Source of the DNA: Eubacteriales bacterium
GTDB lineage: Bacteria; Bacillota; Clostridia; Oscillospirales; CAG-272
NCBI GenBank assembly: GCA_045632345.1
Contig: JAZQWM010000082.1
Location: 147,686 to 211,685, forward strand
Direction of reading: 5' to 3'
DNA: 64,000 nucleotides
Both the position numbers and the translations under genes were made by a program. Shown here one piece after another: positions 20,217 through 30,110 of the stretch. The notes under the pieces are model-generated. The model saw nothing but the letters and a program-made list of their open reading frames with translations, did no database searches and was not told the origin of the DNA. Numbering within the stretch: position 1 is the stretch's first letter; each line of letters starts with the position of its first letter.

Positions 20217-20390
20217 TCAGGGGTCAGGGGTCAGGGGTCAGGGGTTCGCTTCGCTCACAGGGGTGGTTAGTAAACAATATTCTTCTAAAGTCCCTGCACA
20301 CATAGTGTGCCCTTGTCCCTTGTCTCCTGTCCCCTGTCTATATTCCCTGCGAATGTAATGAGCCCCTGTCCCTCGTCCCTTGTCTCCTAA
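20217..20390. repeat. REP/MITE-like family A copy
   Basis: (GGGGTCA)n, core GGGGTTCGCTTCGCTCACAGGG, CCCTGCGAAT-AATGAGCCCCT, TGTCCC arm. Confidence 0.85.
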
Positions 20391-20392
20391 AA

Positions 20393-21115
20393 TTAAGCCG
20401 TAGGCTTAATTTCCTGTGCTATTTCTTTTAGCTTTTGGCAAACAACATGGTCTGTATTATCAGGCTCATATGTTACCTTTGTTGCATCATTGCCTGTAAA
20501 AAACTTATACATTACAAGTCCTGCAAGGTATCTGCCGTAGTCAAGGGATAAATGGAAGCCGTCGCGGGTAATTGGGTGTGTTTTTTCGTCAAATTTGCTT
20601 AGCTTTCTTGCTTCCTCAACTGCGTCGCCGTTTGGGATAATGTCAAGATTGTATTTTTGGCACATCTCATTTGTTGCATTGATGATAGCTTCATACATTT
20701 TTGGGCGTGAATTTTCATAAAGGTAATAAAAATCATGATTTGAAAAATCGCTATATGCCCAAGTTCTATGAAATACGATTTTCGCATTAGGGCATGCACC
20801 CTTGATATAGCCTAAGATATAAGGTAGGTAAGGCTCATAGGTTTCTGCCATTCCTGAGTAGTGGCTAACCTGTTGTATAGACACATAGTCCCACTTTTTT
20901 GTATAAATTACCTCATCAAGATAACCATCGCCGATTGCTTCGCCGTTTACCTCATGAAGATATGTTTCTCTTTCTTTTGTAAGTCCGTTATAATGTCTTT
21001 CAAGGGAACAGCCGCCGATTGCCATATTGGTTACCTCAATTTCTCCGTTTGAAATTTGATGTAAATATCGTGTGGCATCCTGTGAAAAGCTGTTACCGAT
21101 GCATAATACATTCAT
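20393..21115 (-). CDS. DUF4886 / SGNH-like hydrolase, paralog 1
   Basis: IGNSFS, WDYVSIQQVS, RTWAY, RDGFH. Confidence 0.8.
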   Translation of the reverse strand: MNVLCIGNSFSQDATRYLHQISNGEIEVTNMAIGGCSLERHYNGLTKERETYLHEVNGEAIGDGYLDEVIYTKKWDYVSIQQVSHYSGMAETYEPYLPYILGYIKGACPNAKIVFHRTWAYSDFSNHDFYYLYENSRPKMYEAIINATNEMCQKYNLDIIPNGDAVEEARKLSKFDEKTHPITRDGFHLSLDYGRYLAGLVMYKFFTGNDATKVTYEPDNTDHVVCQKLKEIAQEIKPTA

Positions 21116-21169
21116 TTTGTTATTCCTCCAAAGATTTTCAATTTATAAAGCATTCTTGCCCACTTAGAA

Positions 21170-21298
21170 AGGGGACAGGAGACAGGGGATAGGGGTTCGC
21201 TTCGCTCACAGGGGTGGTTAGTAAACAATTTTCTTCTAAAGTCCCTGCACACATAGTGTGCCCCTGCGAATATATGAGCCCCTGTCCCTTGTCCCCTA
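21170..21298. repeat. REP/MITE-like family A copy
   Basis: Same core and heptamer arms. Confidence 0.85.
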
Positions 21299-21301
21299 AA
21301 A

Positions 21302-22024
21302 TTAAGCCTGTGGCTTAATTTTTTGTGCTATTTCTTTAAGCTTTTGGCAAATTTCGTGGTCTGTTTCATCAGGCTCATAGGTTACCTTTGTTGCATCGTT
21401 GCCTGTAAAAAACTTATACATAACAAGTCCTGCAAGGTATCTGCCATAGTCAAGGGATAAATGGAAGCCATCGCGGGTAATTGGGTGTGTTTTTTCATCA
21501 AATTCGGGTAGCTTTCTTGCTTCCTCAACCGCGTCTCCGTTTGGTATTATGTCAAGGTTGTACTTTTTGCAAATTTCCGTTGATGTTTTTACGATTGCAT
21601 CAAACATTTGTGGGCGAGAATTGCCATAGTTTACAAATCCGCCATGGTCGGAATAGTCGCTATACGCCCAAGTTCTATGAAATACGATTTTTGCATTAGG
21701 GCAAGCACCCTTGATATATCCTAAGATATATGGTAGATATGGCTCATATGTTTCAGCCATTCCTGAATAGTGGCTAACCTGTTGAACGGTTACAAAGTCC
21801 CATTTTTTCTTGGAAAGAGCTTCCTTGATTGAGATTTTACGCTTGAAGCTTGCATTTTTTTGGTAATCGTAGTCTGCGCTATCAACTAAAATATTGTTGT
21901 AATGAGTTTCAAGTGAGCAACCGCCTATATATAGGTTTCTTACGTAAAGCTCCTCATTTGAAATTTGGTGTAAATATCGTGTGGCATCCTGTGAAAAGCT
22001 GTTGCCGATACATAAAATGTTCAT
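21302..22024 (-). CDS. DUF4886 / SGNH-like hydrolase, paralog 2
   Basis: Same motifs and length as 20393..21115, with long identical blocks. Confidence 0.8.
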   Translation of the reverse strand: MNILCIGNSFSQDATRYLHQISNEELYVRNLYIGGCSLETHYNNILVDSADYDYQKNASFKRKISIKEALSKKKWDFVTVQQVSHYSGMAETYEPYLPYILGYIKGACPNAKIVFHRTWAYSDYSDHGGFVNYGNSRPQMFDAIVKTSTEICKKYNLDIIPNGDAVEEARKLPEFDEKTHPITRDGFHLSLDYGRYLAGLVMYKFFTGNDATKVTYEPDETDHEICQKLKEIAQKIKPQA

Positions 22025-22093
22025 AGTAATTTTTTCCTTTCCAAGTTATGCTTTAATTATAGTCCTTAGCTTAGCGAAAGTCAAGGAAAAATT

Positions 22094-22215
22094 AGGGGAT
22101 AGGGGTCAGGGGATAGGGGTTCGCTACGCTCACAGGGATGGTTAGTTATTCCCCGCGAATGTAATGAGCCACTGCGACAAGGTCGCCCCTGCGAATACAA
22201 TGAGCCCCTATCCCC
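22094..22215. repeat. REP/MITE-like family A copy
   Basis: Core GGGGTTCGCTACGCTCACAGGG; arm overlaps the stop codon of the radical SAM gene. Confidence 0.85.
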
Positions 22216-23164
22216 TATAATAGATTCCCTGATAAGAATTTCTTTCATAAAGCTCCTTATCTATATCGTTTATAATTGTTGTTTTTCTACGGGACCAGAC
22301 AGGCTCAACCAAGCGGTCGGCTATGCCGTCTCCCGTTAGTCTTTCAATTACCGTATCGGGCGGTAAAATCTCTATTTGGTCGCAGACGGTTTTTATATAA
22401 TCGCTTCTTTCCATTGGGGAATAATCGCCCTGCTTATACATGTGGTTAAGCATAGTGCCTCTTATGATATGAAGCAAGTGAATTTTAACCACATCTGGGC
22501 GTAATTCAGCCACATCCCTGGCAGTTTGCATCATATCCTCATAGGTTTCATAGGGTAAGCCGTTGATAATATGAACTGCGATTTTTACGTTAGGCGCATA
22601 CTTACGAAGCCTGTTTACACAGTCAACGAACACGTCAAATTTATGACCCCTGTTGATTATAATTGCAGTTTGGTCGTTTGAGGATTGCAGCCCTAGCTCC
22701 ACGGTTACGGGAATTTTCTTGCTTAGGTTATTTAAAATCGCAATTTTCTCATTTTCAAGGCAGTCGGCTCTTGTGGCTATGTTTATCATAACAGCACCCT
22801 CGAGAGAGGCGATTTCATTTGTGATTTTCTCTAAATTTTCGGGGGACGTGTGCGTATTTGTGTATGCCTGCATGTAAGGAATGAACTTTTTTACGTCCCA
22901 CTTTTTCCTAGCGTTTTCAATTCCTATTTCGTACTGCTCCTTAATATCCTTAACCTGTCGGCAGTTAACGCTTTGGCTTCCGCTATCGCAGTAAATACAG
23001 CCACCGCGACCAACCGTTCCGTCAATATTGGGGCAGGTAAATCCGCAATCAAGTGTAATTTTTGCGCACTTTTCCCCAAAGGTCTTGCGTAGGTAGTATT
23101 CATAGGTGTAATAACGCTTATTTGTATCGCTAAGCTTATACGGATTTGTTGATGCCTGTGTCAT
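22208..23164 (-). CDS. Radical SAM protein, TIGR01212 (YhcC/YtqA) family
   Basis: GFTCPNIDG..GGCIYC, YMQAYTNT, VELGLQS. ATG 23164 follows AAAGGAG. Confidence 0.9.
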   Translation of the reverse strand: MTQASTNPYKLSDTNKRYYTYEYYLRKTFGEKCAKITLDCGFTCPNIDGTVGRGGCIYCDSGSQSVNCRQVKDIKEQYEIGIENARKKWDVKKFIPYMQAYTNTHTSPENLEKITNEIASLEGAVMINIATRADCLENEKIAILNNLSKKIPVTVELGLQSSNDQTAIIINRGHKFDVFVDCVNRLRKYAPNVKIAVHIINGLPYETYEDMMQTARDVAELRPDVVKIHLLHIIRGTMLNHMYKQGDYSPMERSDYIKTVCDQIEILPPDTVIERLTGDGIADRLVEPVWSRRKTTIINDIDKELYERNSYQGIYYRG

Positions 23165-23240
23165 GTACTGCTCCTTTCTGCCGTCAGCAATAGAATATAA
23201 ATGAAACAAAAAACGACAAGCGTTTGATTAGCTTGCCGTT

Positions 23241-23316
23241 TGGAGCTACTAACCAGAATCGAACTGGTGACCTCATCCTTACCAAGGATGTGCTCTACCA
23301 TCTGAGCCATAGTAGC
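23241..23316 (-). tRNA. tRNA-Thr (GGT)
   Basis: Reverse complement GCTACTATGGCTCAG...CTTGGTAAG...GTTCGATTC...TAGTAGCTCCA. Confidence 0.95.
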
Positions 23317-23465
23317 ATTTATTTGCTAATGTATTATAGCAAAATATTTTTTATTTGTCAAGAGATTTTTTACAGTTATTATTTTTCATGCAGAGACACG
23401 CCCCCGTCCCCTGTCTGTAACCTTTTTTATCAACAGGCATACAATATTTTTGAGGTGATAACTGC

Positions 23466-24479
23466 ATGAAAAAAAGCGTTTGCATTTTATTTGGTGGAAA
23501 AAGTGAGGAATATGAGGTTTCCTTGTCCTCTGCTTATAATGTGCTTGGTAGCATAGATAAAAACAAGTACAATGTAAGCAAAATTGGAATTACCAAGGAT
23601 GGCAGGTGGTTAAGGTACTATGGTGGCAGAGATAGCATATTAAATGACACTTGGCAAAGTGAGACAAAAGAGGTTTTTATTGATTTTTCCACGGGATGTG
23701 TGGATAATTTACCATTTGACACCGTATTTTTTCCTGTAATGCACGGCAATTTTTGCGAGGATGGGCGATTACAGGGCGTTTTTGACACGCTAGGCGTAAA
23801 GTACGTAGGCTGCGGCAGCGCTTCCTCATTTTTATGTATGGATAAGCATTTAACAAAGCTTATGGCGAAGGAAATCGGCGTTTGCGTTGTGCCTTGGATT
23901 TGTGCAAGCAGAAAGCAAGATTTTAACGAAATAGCCAATAATGTGTCTAAATTTGGCTACCCTGTGTTTATAAAGCCAAGCAAGTCCGGGTCATCTAGAG
24001 GCAGCTTTCTTGTACGTAATGAAAATATGCTTTTTTCTTCTCTTAAAGGTGCGTTTGAGTATTCCGACACGGTAATTATTGAAAGGTACGTAAAAGCCAT
24101 TGAGTGTGAAATCGGCGCTCTTTCCACTTCGACCGGCACGGTATTTAGTGAGGTTGGCTCACTTAGATATAACGGCGATTTTTACGGATATGAGGAAAAG
24201 TATCTTTTAGGTAACACTACCTACGCTATTCCTGCATTAATTTCAGTAAAAAATCAAGAGAAAATCAAGGGGTATGCAAAAGCTCTTTTTGATAGTCTTG
24301 GATGCTATGGTCTTAGTCGCTTTGACTTCTTTGTTGACGAAAGTGAAAACGTATATTTTAACGAGGTCAACACGCTTCCCGGCTTTACAAAGGACAGCAT
24401 GTATCCTATGCTTTTTGAAAACGCAGGTATTCCGCTGACGCGTCTTATTGATATTTTAATAGAAAATGCCAAATTTTAA
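23466..24479 (+). CDS. ddl: D-alanine--D-alanine ligase
   Basis: FGGKSEEYEVS, HGNFCEDG, GSSRG, FYGYEEKY, NEVNTLPG. Confidence 0.92.
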   Translation: MKKSVCILFGGKSEEYEVSLSSAYNVLGSIDKNKYNVSKIGITKDGRWLRYYGGRDSILNDTWQSETKEVFIDFSTGCVDNLPFDTVFFPVMHGNFCEDGRLQGVFDTLGVKYVGCGSASSFLCMDKHLTKLMAKEIGVCVVPWICASRKQDFNEIANNVSKFGYPVFIKPSKSGSSRGSFLVRNENMLFSSLKGAFEYSDTVIIERYVKAIECEIGALSTSTGTVFSEVGSLRYNGDFYGYEEKYLLGNTTYAIPALISVKNQEKIKGYAKALFDSLGCYGLSRFDFFVDESENVYFNEVNTLPGFTKDSMYPMLFENAGIPLTRLIDILIENAKF

Positions 24480-24529
24480 AAAATCTATTGAAATACATTC
24501 TGAATTTATATATAATATAATGAGGTAGT

Positions 24530-25771
24530 ATGAAAACCTTAGGTCTTATTGGCTTTGGCGCATCTAACCGTGATGCTTACAATTATTTTAAGGATAGCTA
24601 CAAAATTACCGTACACAACCCAACGAAAATTGATGTGCCAAATGACGCTTCCTTAATTTACGGCGATACGTATTTAGAGTGTAATGAGGACGTAATTTTC
24701 CGTTCCCCTGCCGTAAAAAAGCGTGATATTATAACAAAGAGCCCTGTGCTTTGCGAAAGCATATACGCTCTTAATAATATGGCTGGAACGAAAATCTGTG
24801 TAACAGGCTCAGACGGAAAAACAACCACATGTAGCCTGATTTTCAACGTTTTGAAAAGCAAAAACGCTTTTTTAGGCGGTAATATCGGCACTCCTTTAAT
24901 TTCCGCCATGGATAAAAATTACTCCTATATTGTGGGAGAGCTTTCTTCCTTTCAGCTTCTTGACGAAAGCGTTTACGTTGACACGGCGGTAATTACAAAT
25001 ATTACTGAAAATCATTTAGATTACCACGCTGACATGGACGAATATATACGCGCCAAGGAAAATCTACTTAAAAACGCTGAGCATATTGTATTAAACTACG
25101 ATGATGCGATTTTAAGGGAAATGGGCGAAAGGTATGGGGCTCTTGGAAGGAGCGTTGAATTCTTTTCCTTAAAGGAAAGAGCCAACGCGTATTTAGAAAA
25201 TGGATACGTATATCTAAACGGAGCTAAGCTATTTTCAAGAGATAAAATTAAGCTGGCGGGAGACTTTAACGTTGCAAATGCTTTGGCTACTATTTTAGCA
25301 ACGTATAAATACGCTTCGCTTGAGGAAATTGAAGCTTCGATTTGCGATTTTTCGGGCGTTGCCAACAGGCTTGAGCTTGTCAGGGAGCTAAACGGGATAA
25401 AATTCTATAACTCCTCAATCGACTCTACTCCCTCTCGCACAATAGCGACTCTTGGCGCGTTTAATATAAACCGCTGCATTGTGATTTTAGGCGGCAGAGA
25501 TAAAAATTTGTCCTATGATATTCTAGAAAACCATCTTAAAAACGCCAAGGCGATTTTAGTTATGGGAGAAAACAGACAAAAGATTTTAAACGCCTTGTGT
25601 AGCGGTAAAACCATTTTGGTAAATAATATGGCTGAGGCTGTAAGCGCAGCATACTCATTTGCCGATATAGGCGACAACGTAATTTTATCCCCTGCCTCAA
25701 CAAGCTTTGATATGTATGAAAGCTACGTGGCGCGGGGACTTGATTTTATAAAACATGTAAATTCATTATAA
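24530..25771 (+). CDS. murD: UDP-N-acetylmuramoyl-L-alanine--D-glutamate ligase
   Basis: TGSDGKTTT, GGNIG, ELSSFQL, HLDYH, LSPASTSFD. Confidence 0.9.
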   Translation: MKTLGLIGFGASNRDAYNYFKDSYKITVHNPTKIDVPNDASLIYGDTYLECNEDVIFRSPAVKKRDIITKSPVLCESIYALNNMAGTKICVTGSDGKTTTCSLIFNVLKSKNAFLGGNIGTPLISAMDKNYSYIVGELSSFQLLDESVYVDTAVITNITENHLDYHADMDEYIRAKENLLKNAEHIVLNYDDAILREMGERYGALGRSVEFFSLKERANAYLENGYVYLNGAKLFSRDKIKLAGDFNVANALATILATYKYASLEEIEASICDFSGVANRLELVRELNGIKFYNSSIDSTPSRTIATLGAFNINRCIVILGGRDKNLSYDILENHLKNAKAILVMGENRQKILNALCSGKTILVNNMAEAVSAAYSFADIGDNVILSPASTSFDMYESYVARGLDFIKHVNSL

Positions 25772-25782
25772 AGGAAATAAAA

Positions 25783-26811
25783 ATGGAACTAAAAAAGGTA
25801 TTAAAGACACTTTGTGAGTGCCCTACTGCATCGGGAAAGGAAGCCACTCAATTTAAGATTGTAAATGAGATAGCTTCCCCTTATTTTGACCTTATTGAAA
25901 GAGACAATATGGGCAATATTATTTTAACAAAGCTGTGTGGCAAGGACAACGCAAAGAAGCTTATGCTTGATGCTCACTTTGACGTTATTGGCTTGATGGT
26001 TACGAAAATTCACGAAAATGGATTTTTGTCCGTTCATAATATTGGCGGTATTGATTTAAGAACGCTGCCGTCAAGTGAGGTTACAATTCACGGAAAAGAG
26101 GATATTTACGGCTTAGTTGTATCTACTCCACCTCATTTAACAGGCGGAAAGACCTCTGTGCCTGAAATCGAGAGCATTTTAATTGACACAGGGTACAAAA
26201 AAGAGGACCTTGAAAAAATCGTGTCCGTTGGCGATACGATAACAATAAACGGCGATTATATGGAAATGGAAAACGGATATATTATGTCCTCATTCCTTGA
26301 TAACCGCTCCTGTGGCGCTACCTGTATTCACGCTATTGCGGGAACTGAAAGAAAAGACCTTGAATATGACGTATTCGTTGTAATTTCAGCAGGCGAGGAA
26401 ATTGGCAGAATGCAAACAAGAGTTGCAGCGTTTAATATTGAGCCTGATATTATTATTACAACCGACGTAAACTTTGCAAAGGAGCCAAATATTGAGCCAA
26501 GACATTCAATAGAATGCAAAAAAGGTCCAAGCGTTGATATTTCCGCGCTTACCAATAGAGAGCTATCCCGCGCAGTTATAAATCTTGCAAAGAAAAACGG
26601 TATTCCTTGCCAAGTGGTAGTTGAGCCAACAGGCACAGGAACAAATAACGATATTTTAGCAATCACAGGCAAGGGCGCAAAAACCGTTGTTATGAGCTTG
26701 CCTTTAAAGTCAATGCATACAAGCTGTGAATGTGTAAATATCCTTGATATGGAATATTTAAGTCAGCTTCTTTCACTAATTGCAAAAACAAAGGAGAGTG
26801 ATTTACAATGA
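25783..26811 (+). CDS. M42 family metallo-aminopeptidase 1
   Basis: DAHFD, LDNR, GEEIG, MH. Confidence 0.85.
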   Translation: MELKKVLKTLCECPTASGKEATQFKIVNEIASPYFDLIERDNMGNIILTKLCGKDNAKKLMLDAHFDVIGLMVTKIHENGFLSVHNIGGIDLRTLPSSEVTIHGKEDIYGLVVSTPPHLTGGKTSVPEIESILIDTGYKKEDLEKIVSVGDTITINGDYMEMENGYIMSSFLDNRSCGATCIHAIAGTERKDLEYDVFVVISAGEEIGRMQTRVAAFNIEPDIIITTDVNFAKEPNIEPRHSIECKKGPSVDISALTNRELSRAVINLAKKNGIPCQVVVEPTGTGTNNDILAITGKGAKTVVMSLPLKSMHTSCECVNILDMEYLSQLLSLIAKTKESDLQ

Positions 26812-27854
26812 CAGAGTTAAGAGAACTGCTTAAAAAATTATCACTTGAATTTGGTATTGCAGGCTATGATAAAAAGGTACGCGACATTATAATTAGTGAG
26901 CTTGAGCCTTACAGCCACAAATTCAACGCATATACCGACAATGCAGGCGCGTACATAGTTCATATTGAAAATGAGGACAAGCCAAAATTGATGGTAAGTG
27001 CGCACATGGATGAGGTTGGCTTTATGGTTACGGAAATTTGCGATGACGGACGTCTTCGCTTCGGTAATGTGGGCGGAATTAACTCCCTTGTTATGTGTTC
27101 AAAGCGCGTAATTTCCGAAAACGGAGTTAAGGGCGCGATAATTTCAAAGCCTATCCACCTACAAAGCGCCGATGAAAGAAAAGAGGTTACCTCTCCAAAG
27201 GATATGTACATAGATATTGGCTGTGATACTAAGGAAGAAGCGGAAAAATTAGTTCAGCTTGGCGATTACTTTACCTTTATTTCCGACTACGTAGAGTTTG
27301 GCGATGGGTTTATTAAGTGCAAAGCGCTTGATGACCGTCTTGGCTGTGCTATTATGTGCCAGGCAATTAAGGAAATTTGCAAAAATGACTATCGGTTAAA
27401 TTATGATTTATATTTTGCGTTTACTTCCCGTGAGGAAATCGGCTATTCGGGAGCATTTTTAGCAACTGAGCAAATTAAGCCTGAATACGGATTTATAATT
27501 GAGTCCACCGCAGTTGGCGATATCCACGGCGCGCCAAAGGAAAAGCTTGTTGCAAAATTAGGAAACGGCGGAGCGATTTCCTTTGCAGACCTTGGCACAA
27601 TTTATGATGAAAAATTTATAAATCACATAATGAATACCTGCAAGAAAAACAACGTAAAATACCAAATCAAGCAATATGTATCAGGCGGAAACGATGCATC
27701 AAACATTCAAAAATCTGCACACGGCGTAAAGGTAGCCGTTATGTCCGCCCCATCAAGATATATTCACTCACAAGCGAATGTTATCCATAAGGATGATTTG
27801 GATAGCATATATCAAACACTGATGTGCTTGATATATGCAGGATATAGGATATAG
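26808..27854 (+). CDS. M42 family metallo-aminopeptidase 2
   Basis: AHMDEVG, ALDDRLG, EEIG, YIHS. Confidence 0.88.
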   Translation: MTELRELLKKLSLEFGIAGYDKKVRDIIISELEPYSHKFNAYTDNAGAYIVHIENEDKPKLMVSAHMDEVGFMVTEICDDGRLRFGNVGGINSLVMCSKRVISENGVKGAIISKPIHLQSADERKEVTSPKDMYIDIGCDTKEEAEKLVQLGDYFTFISDYVEFGDGFIKCKALDDRLGCAIMCQAIKEICKNDYRLNYDLYFAFTSREEIGYSGAFLATEQIKPEYGFIIESTAVGDIHGAPKEKLVAKLGNGGAISFADLGTIYDEKFINHIMNTCKKNNVKYQIKQYVSGGNDASNIQKSAHGVKVAVMSAPSRYIHSQANVIHKDDLDSIYQTLMCLIYAGYRI

Positions 27855-27932
27855 GGGATAGGGGCAAAAATCAATCGTTTGCTAATTTCCCTGTGAGCAT
27901 AGCGAACCCCTATTCCCTGACCCCTGACCCCT
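27853..27932. repeat. REP/MITE-like family A copy (short, reversed)
   Basis: CCCTGTGAGCATAGCGAACCCC followed by (TGACCCC)n. Confidence 0.75.
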
Positions 27933-27957
27933 AATTTCGACGAAGGAGAAAACTACT

Positions 27958-28935
27958 ATGATAGATTTACTTAAAAAACTAATGTTCACGCCTGGCATAT
28001 CAGGTCGTGAGGACAAGATAAGAGATTTAATAAAGAAAGAGATTGAGCCATACGCTGATGAAATCACAACCGACAATATGGGCAATCTTATTGCAAGAAA
28101 AAAAGGCAACGGCAAGAAGATTATGCTTTGCGCCCATATGGACGAAATCGGATTTTTAGTTACTAATATTGATGACAGCGGCTTAATCCGCGTTGCTCCT
28201 GTTGGCGCTATTAACTATTTAGCGGGATGCTTTACTGAGGTTGTTTCCGCAGGCGGCGTTCACGGTGTGCTTGTGCCATCATGCAAGGAAGGCATTCCAA
28301 AATCTGAGGAAACATACGTTGATATTGGCGCTAAGGACAAAAAGAGCGCTGAAAAGAAGGTTCAAATTGGCGAAGCGTTTACCTTTGAGCCAAAGCTAAG
28401 AAAGCTTCTTGGCAACAGATACGTTGGCAGACCATTTGATGACAGAATTGGTTGTGCTATTTTGATTGAAGCGTTAAAGTCAATTAAAAAGCCACAAAAC
28501 GATATTTATTTTGTATTTGCAACACAAGAAGAGGTTGGCTCAAGAGGTAGCCGTCCTGCATCCTACAACGTAATGCCTGATATTGGTATTGCATATGACG
28601 TTACTGCAACAGGCGAAAAGCCCGGTGGGCCAAAGATTGAATTAAAGCTTGGTGGCGGATGTGCTATTAAGATTAGAGACAATGACGTTATGTGTAGCAC
28701 CGATATAGTTGACAAGCTACGCCAAATCGCCAAGGACGGTAAGATTAAGTATCAGGACGAAATTCTTACGTTTGGCGGCACAGACACGTCCTCAATGCAG
28801 GTTACAGGCAGAGGCGCAAGAGTTAGCGCAGTTTCTATCCCTACCGCATTTTTACACACAGGTGTTGAAATGATTGATATGGCAGATGTGAAAGAGGCGC
28901 TTAAATTAACAATAAGTCTTTGCAATAAATTATAA
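27958..28935 (+). CDS. M42 family metallo-aminopeptidase 3
   Basis: AHMDEIG, FDDRIG, QEEVG, GGTD, LHT. Confidence 0.88.
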   Translation: MIDLLKKLMFTPGISGREDKIRDLIKKEIEPYADEITTDNMGNLIARKKGNGKKIMLCAHMDEIGFLVTNIDDSGLIRVAPVGAINYLAGCFTEVVSAGGVHGVLVPSCKEGIPKSEETYVDIGAKDKKSAEKKVQIGEAFTFEPKLRKLLGNRYVGRPFDDRIGCAILIEALKSIKKPQNDIYFVFATQEEVGSRGSRPASYNVMPDIGIAYDVTATGEKPGGPKIELKLGGGCAIKIRDNDVMCSTDIVDKLRQIAKDGKIKYQDEILTFGGTDTSSMQVTGRGARVSAVSIPTAFLHTGVEMIDMADVKEALKLTISLCNKL

Positions 28936-29002
28936 GCTGTTAGCCGTCAGCAGTTAGCTGTCAGCGAGATTACTTTTACAATTTACTTTCAAAGGAAAAA
29001 AT

Positions 29003-30109
29003 ATGAAAAAACTTCTTACTTTATTTTCAATTATTTTTGTGCTTCTGTTTTTGTTTTCCTGTCAAAATGGCGACGTGCCAAGGGGAATGAAGATTGCTTC
29101 CGACACGTCAAAGGTTCATTATTCCCTTTACGTGCCAAAGAGCTGGATAATTGACAGCATGGATAATATTTCTGCATGCCACGTATCCGACAGCGACAGA
29201 ACGTCAATCAGCATAAAAAAGACATCATACCCTGATGAGACGGTTTGGTGGAATGACTATAAAAATGCGGTAAACTCAACCTTTGACGATTTTACTCTCT
29301 TAACTGACGGAGAGGATATTGTCATATCCGCTCTTAACGCTAAAAGGTACGTATTTACCTGCAGCTTTCATGGGGAAAGCTTCCACAAATATGAGATTAT
29401 CGCCGTTAAAAACGGGGACTCTGTGTATGAAATTAGCATAAAATACCAAGGTCTTACAAAGGACGGCAATATAAACTATACAGACAGTCAGCACGCTGAA
29501 ACTATTAAGAGCATTTTAGATAATTTTAAGTTTAACGAATCATTAAGCGACGGCAGCGACGTTGTTTACAATGCAGAAAACACGCCTGACAGCATGAAAT
29601 GCGCTTCAAACACGAAAATCGTTGACTACTGTCTTTTTGTGCCATCTGCTTGGATTGTTGAAAAGACGGTTGGCACGGTTTCATCAGCTTACGTAAGTGA
29701 AAGCGACAAAACAAACGTAAGCGTTATGCAATGGAACATAAATAGCTACAACTATGACGCTTGGTGGAGCGAATACAAGCTTCAGCTTTTTAGCACCTTT
29801 GACCGTGATGCTCTTATTTATGACGATAAGGGTCAGGTTAAGGTTGACGAAAATGGATACGTTACGCATCTTGATTCTGAAATTGTTACCTTAAAAAGCG
29901 AAGGCGTTGACGCTAAGCTTGGAGAAAACAACTGCAAAAAATACGAGTATTCCGTAAAAATTGGCGGGAATGTGTACGATTATACGGTTTTTTCCGTAAT
30001 GCACAGAGCCAGCGTTTACGTTATGACCTTTACATTTGACTCTAAAAACGACAATACCGTATATAACGCGGATATTGAAAAAATCACAACTAATTTCAGG
30101 TTTGACTAA
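29003..30109 (+). CDS. Lipoprotein with two tandem homologous domains (PsbP/DcrB-like)
   Basis: LFSC lipobox; internal repeat LYVPKSW...VSDSDRT / LFVPSAW...VSESDKT; halves end NFKF and NFRF. Confidence 0.65.
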   Translation: MKKLLTLFSIIFVLLFLFSCQNGDVPRGMKIASDTSKVHYSLYVPKSWIIDSMDNISACHVSDSDRTSISIKKTSYPDETVWWNDYKNAVNSTFDDFTLLTDGEDIVISALNAKRYVFTCSFHGESFHKYEIIAVKNGDSVYEISIKYQGLTKDGNINYTDSQHAETIKSILDNFKFNESLSDGSDVVYNAENTPDSMKCASNTKIVDYCLFVPSAWIVEKTVGTVSSAYVSESDKTNVSVMQWNINSYNYDAWWSEYKLQLFSTFDRDALIYDDKGQVKVDENGYVTHLDSEIVTLKSEGVDAKLGENNCKKYEYSVKIGGNVYDYTVFSVMHRASVYVMTFTFDSKNDNTVYNADIEKITTNFRFD

Positions 30110-30110
30110 T

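Noticed and set aside
23466-24479. Van-type D-Ala-D-Lac ligase
   Set aside because: The omega-loop FYGYEEKY is Ddl-like and no vanH, vanX or vanRS genes are adjacent.
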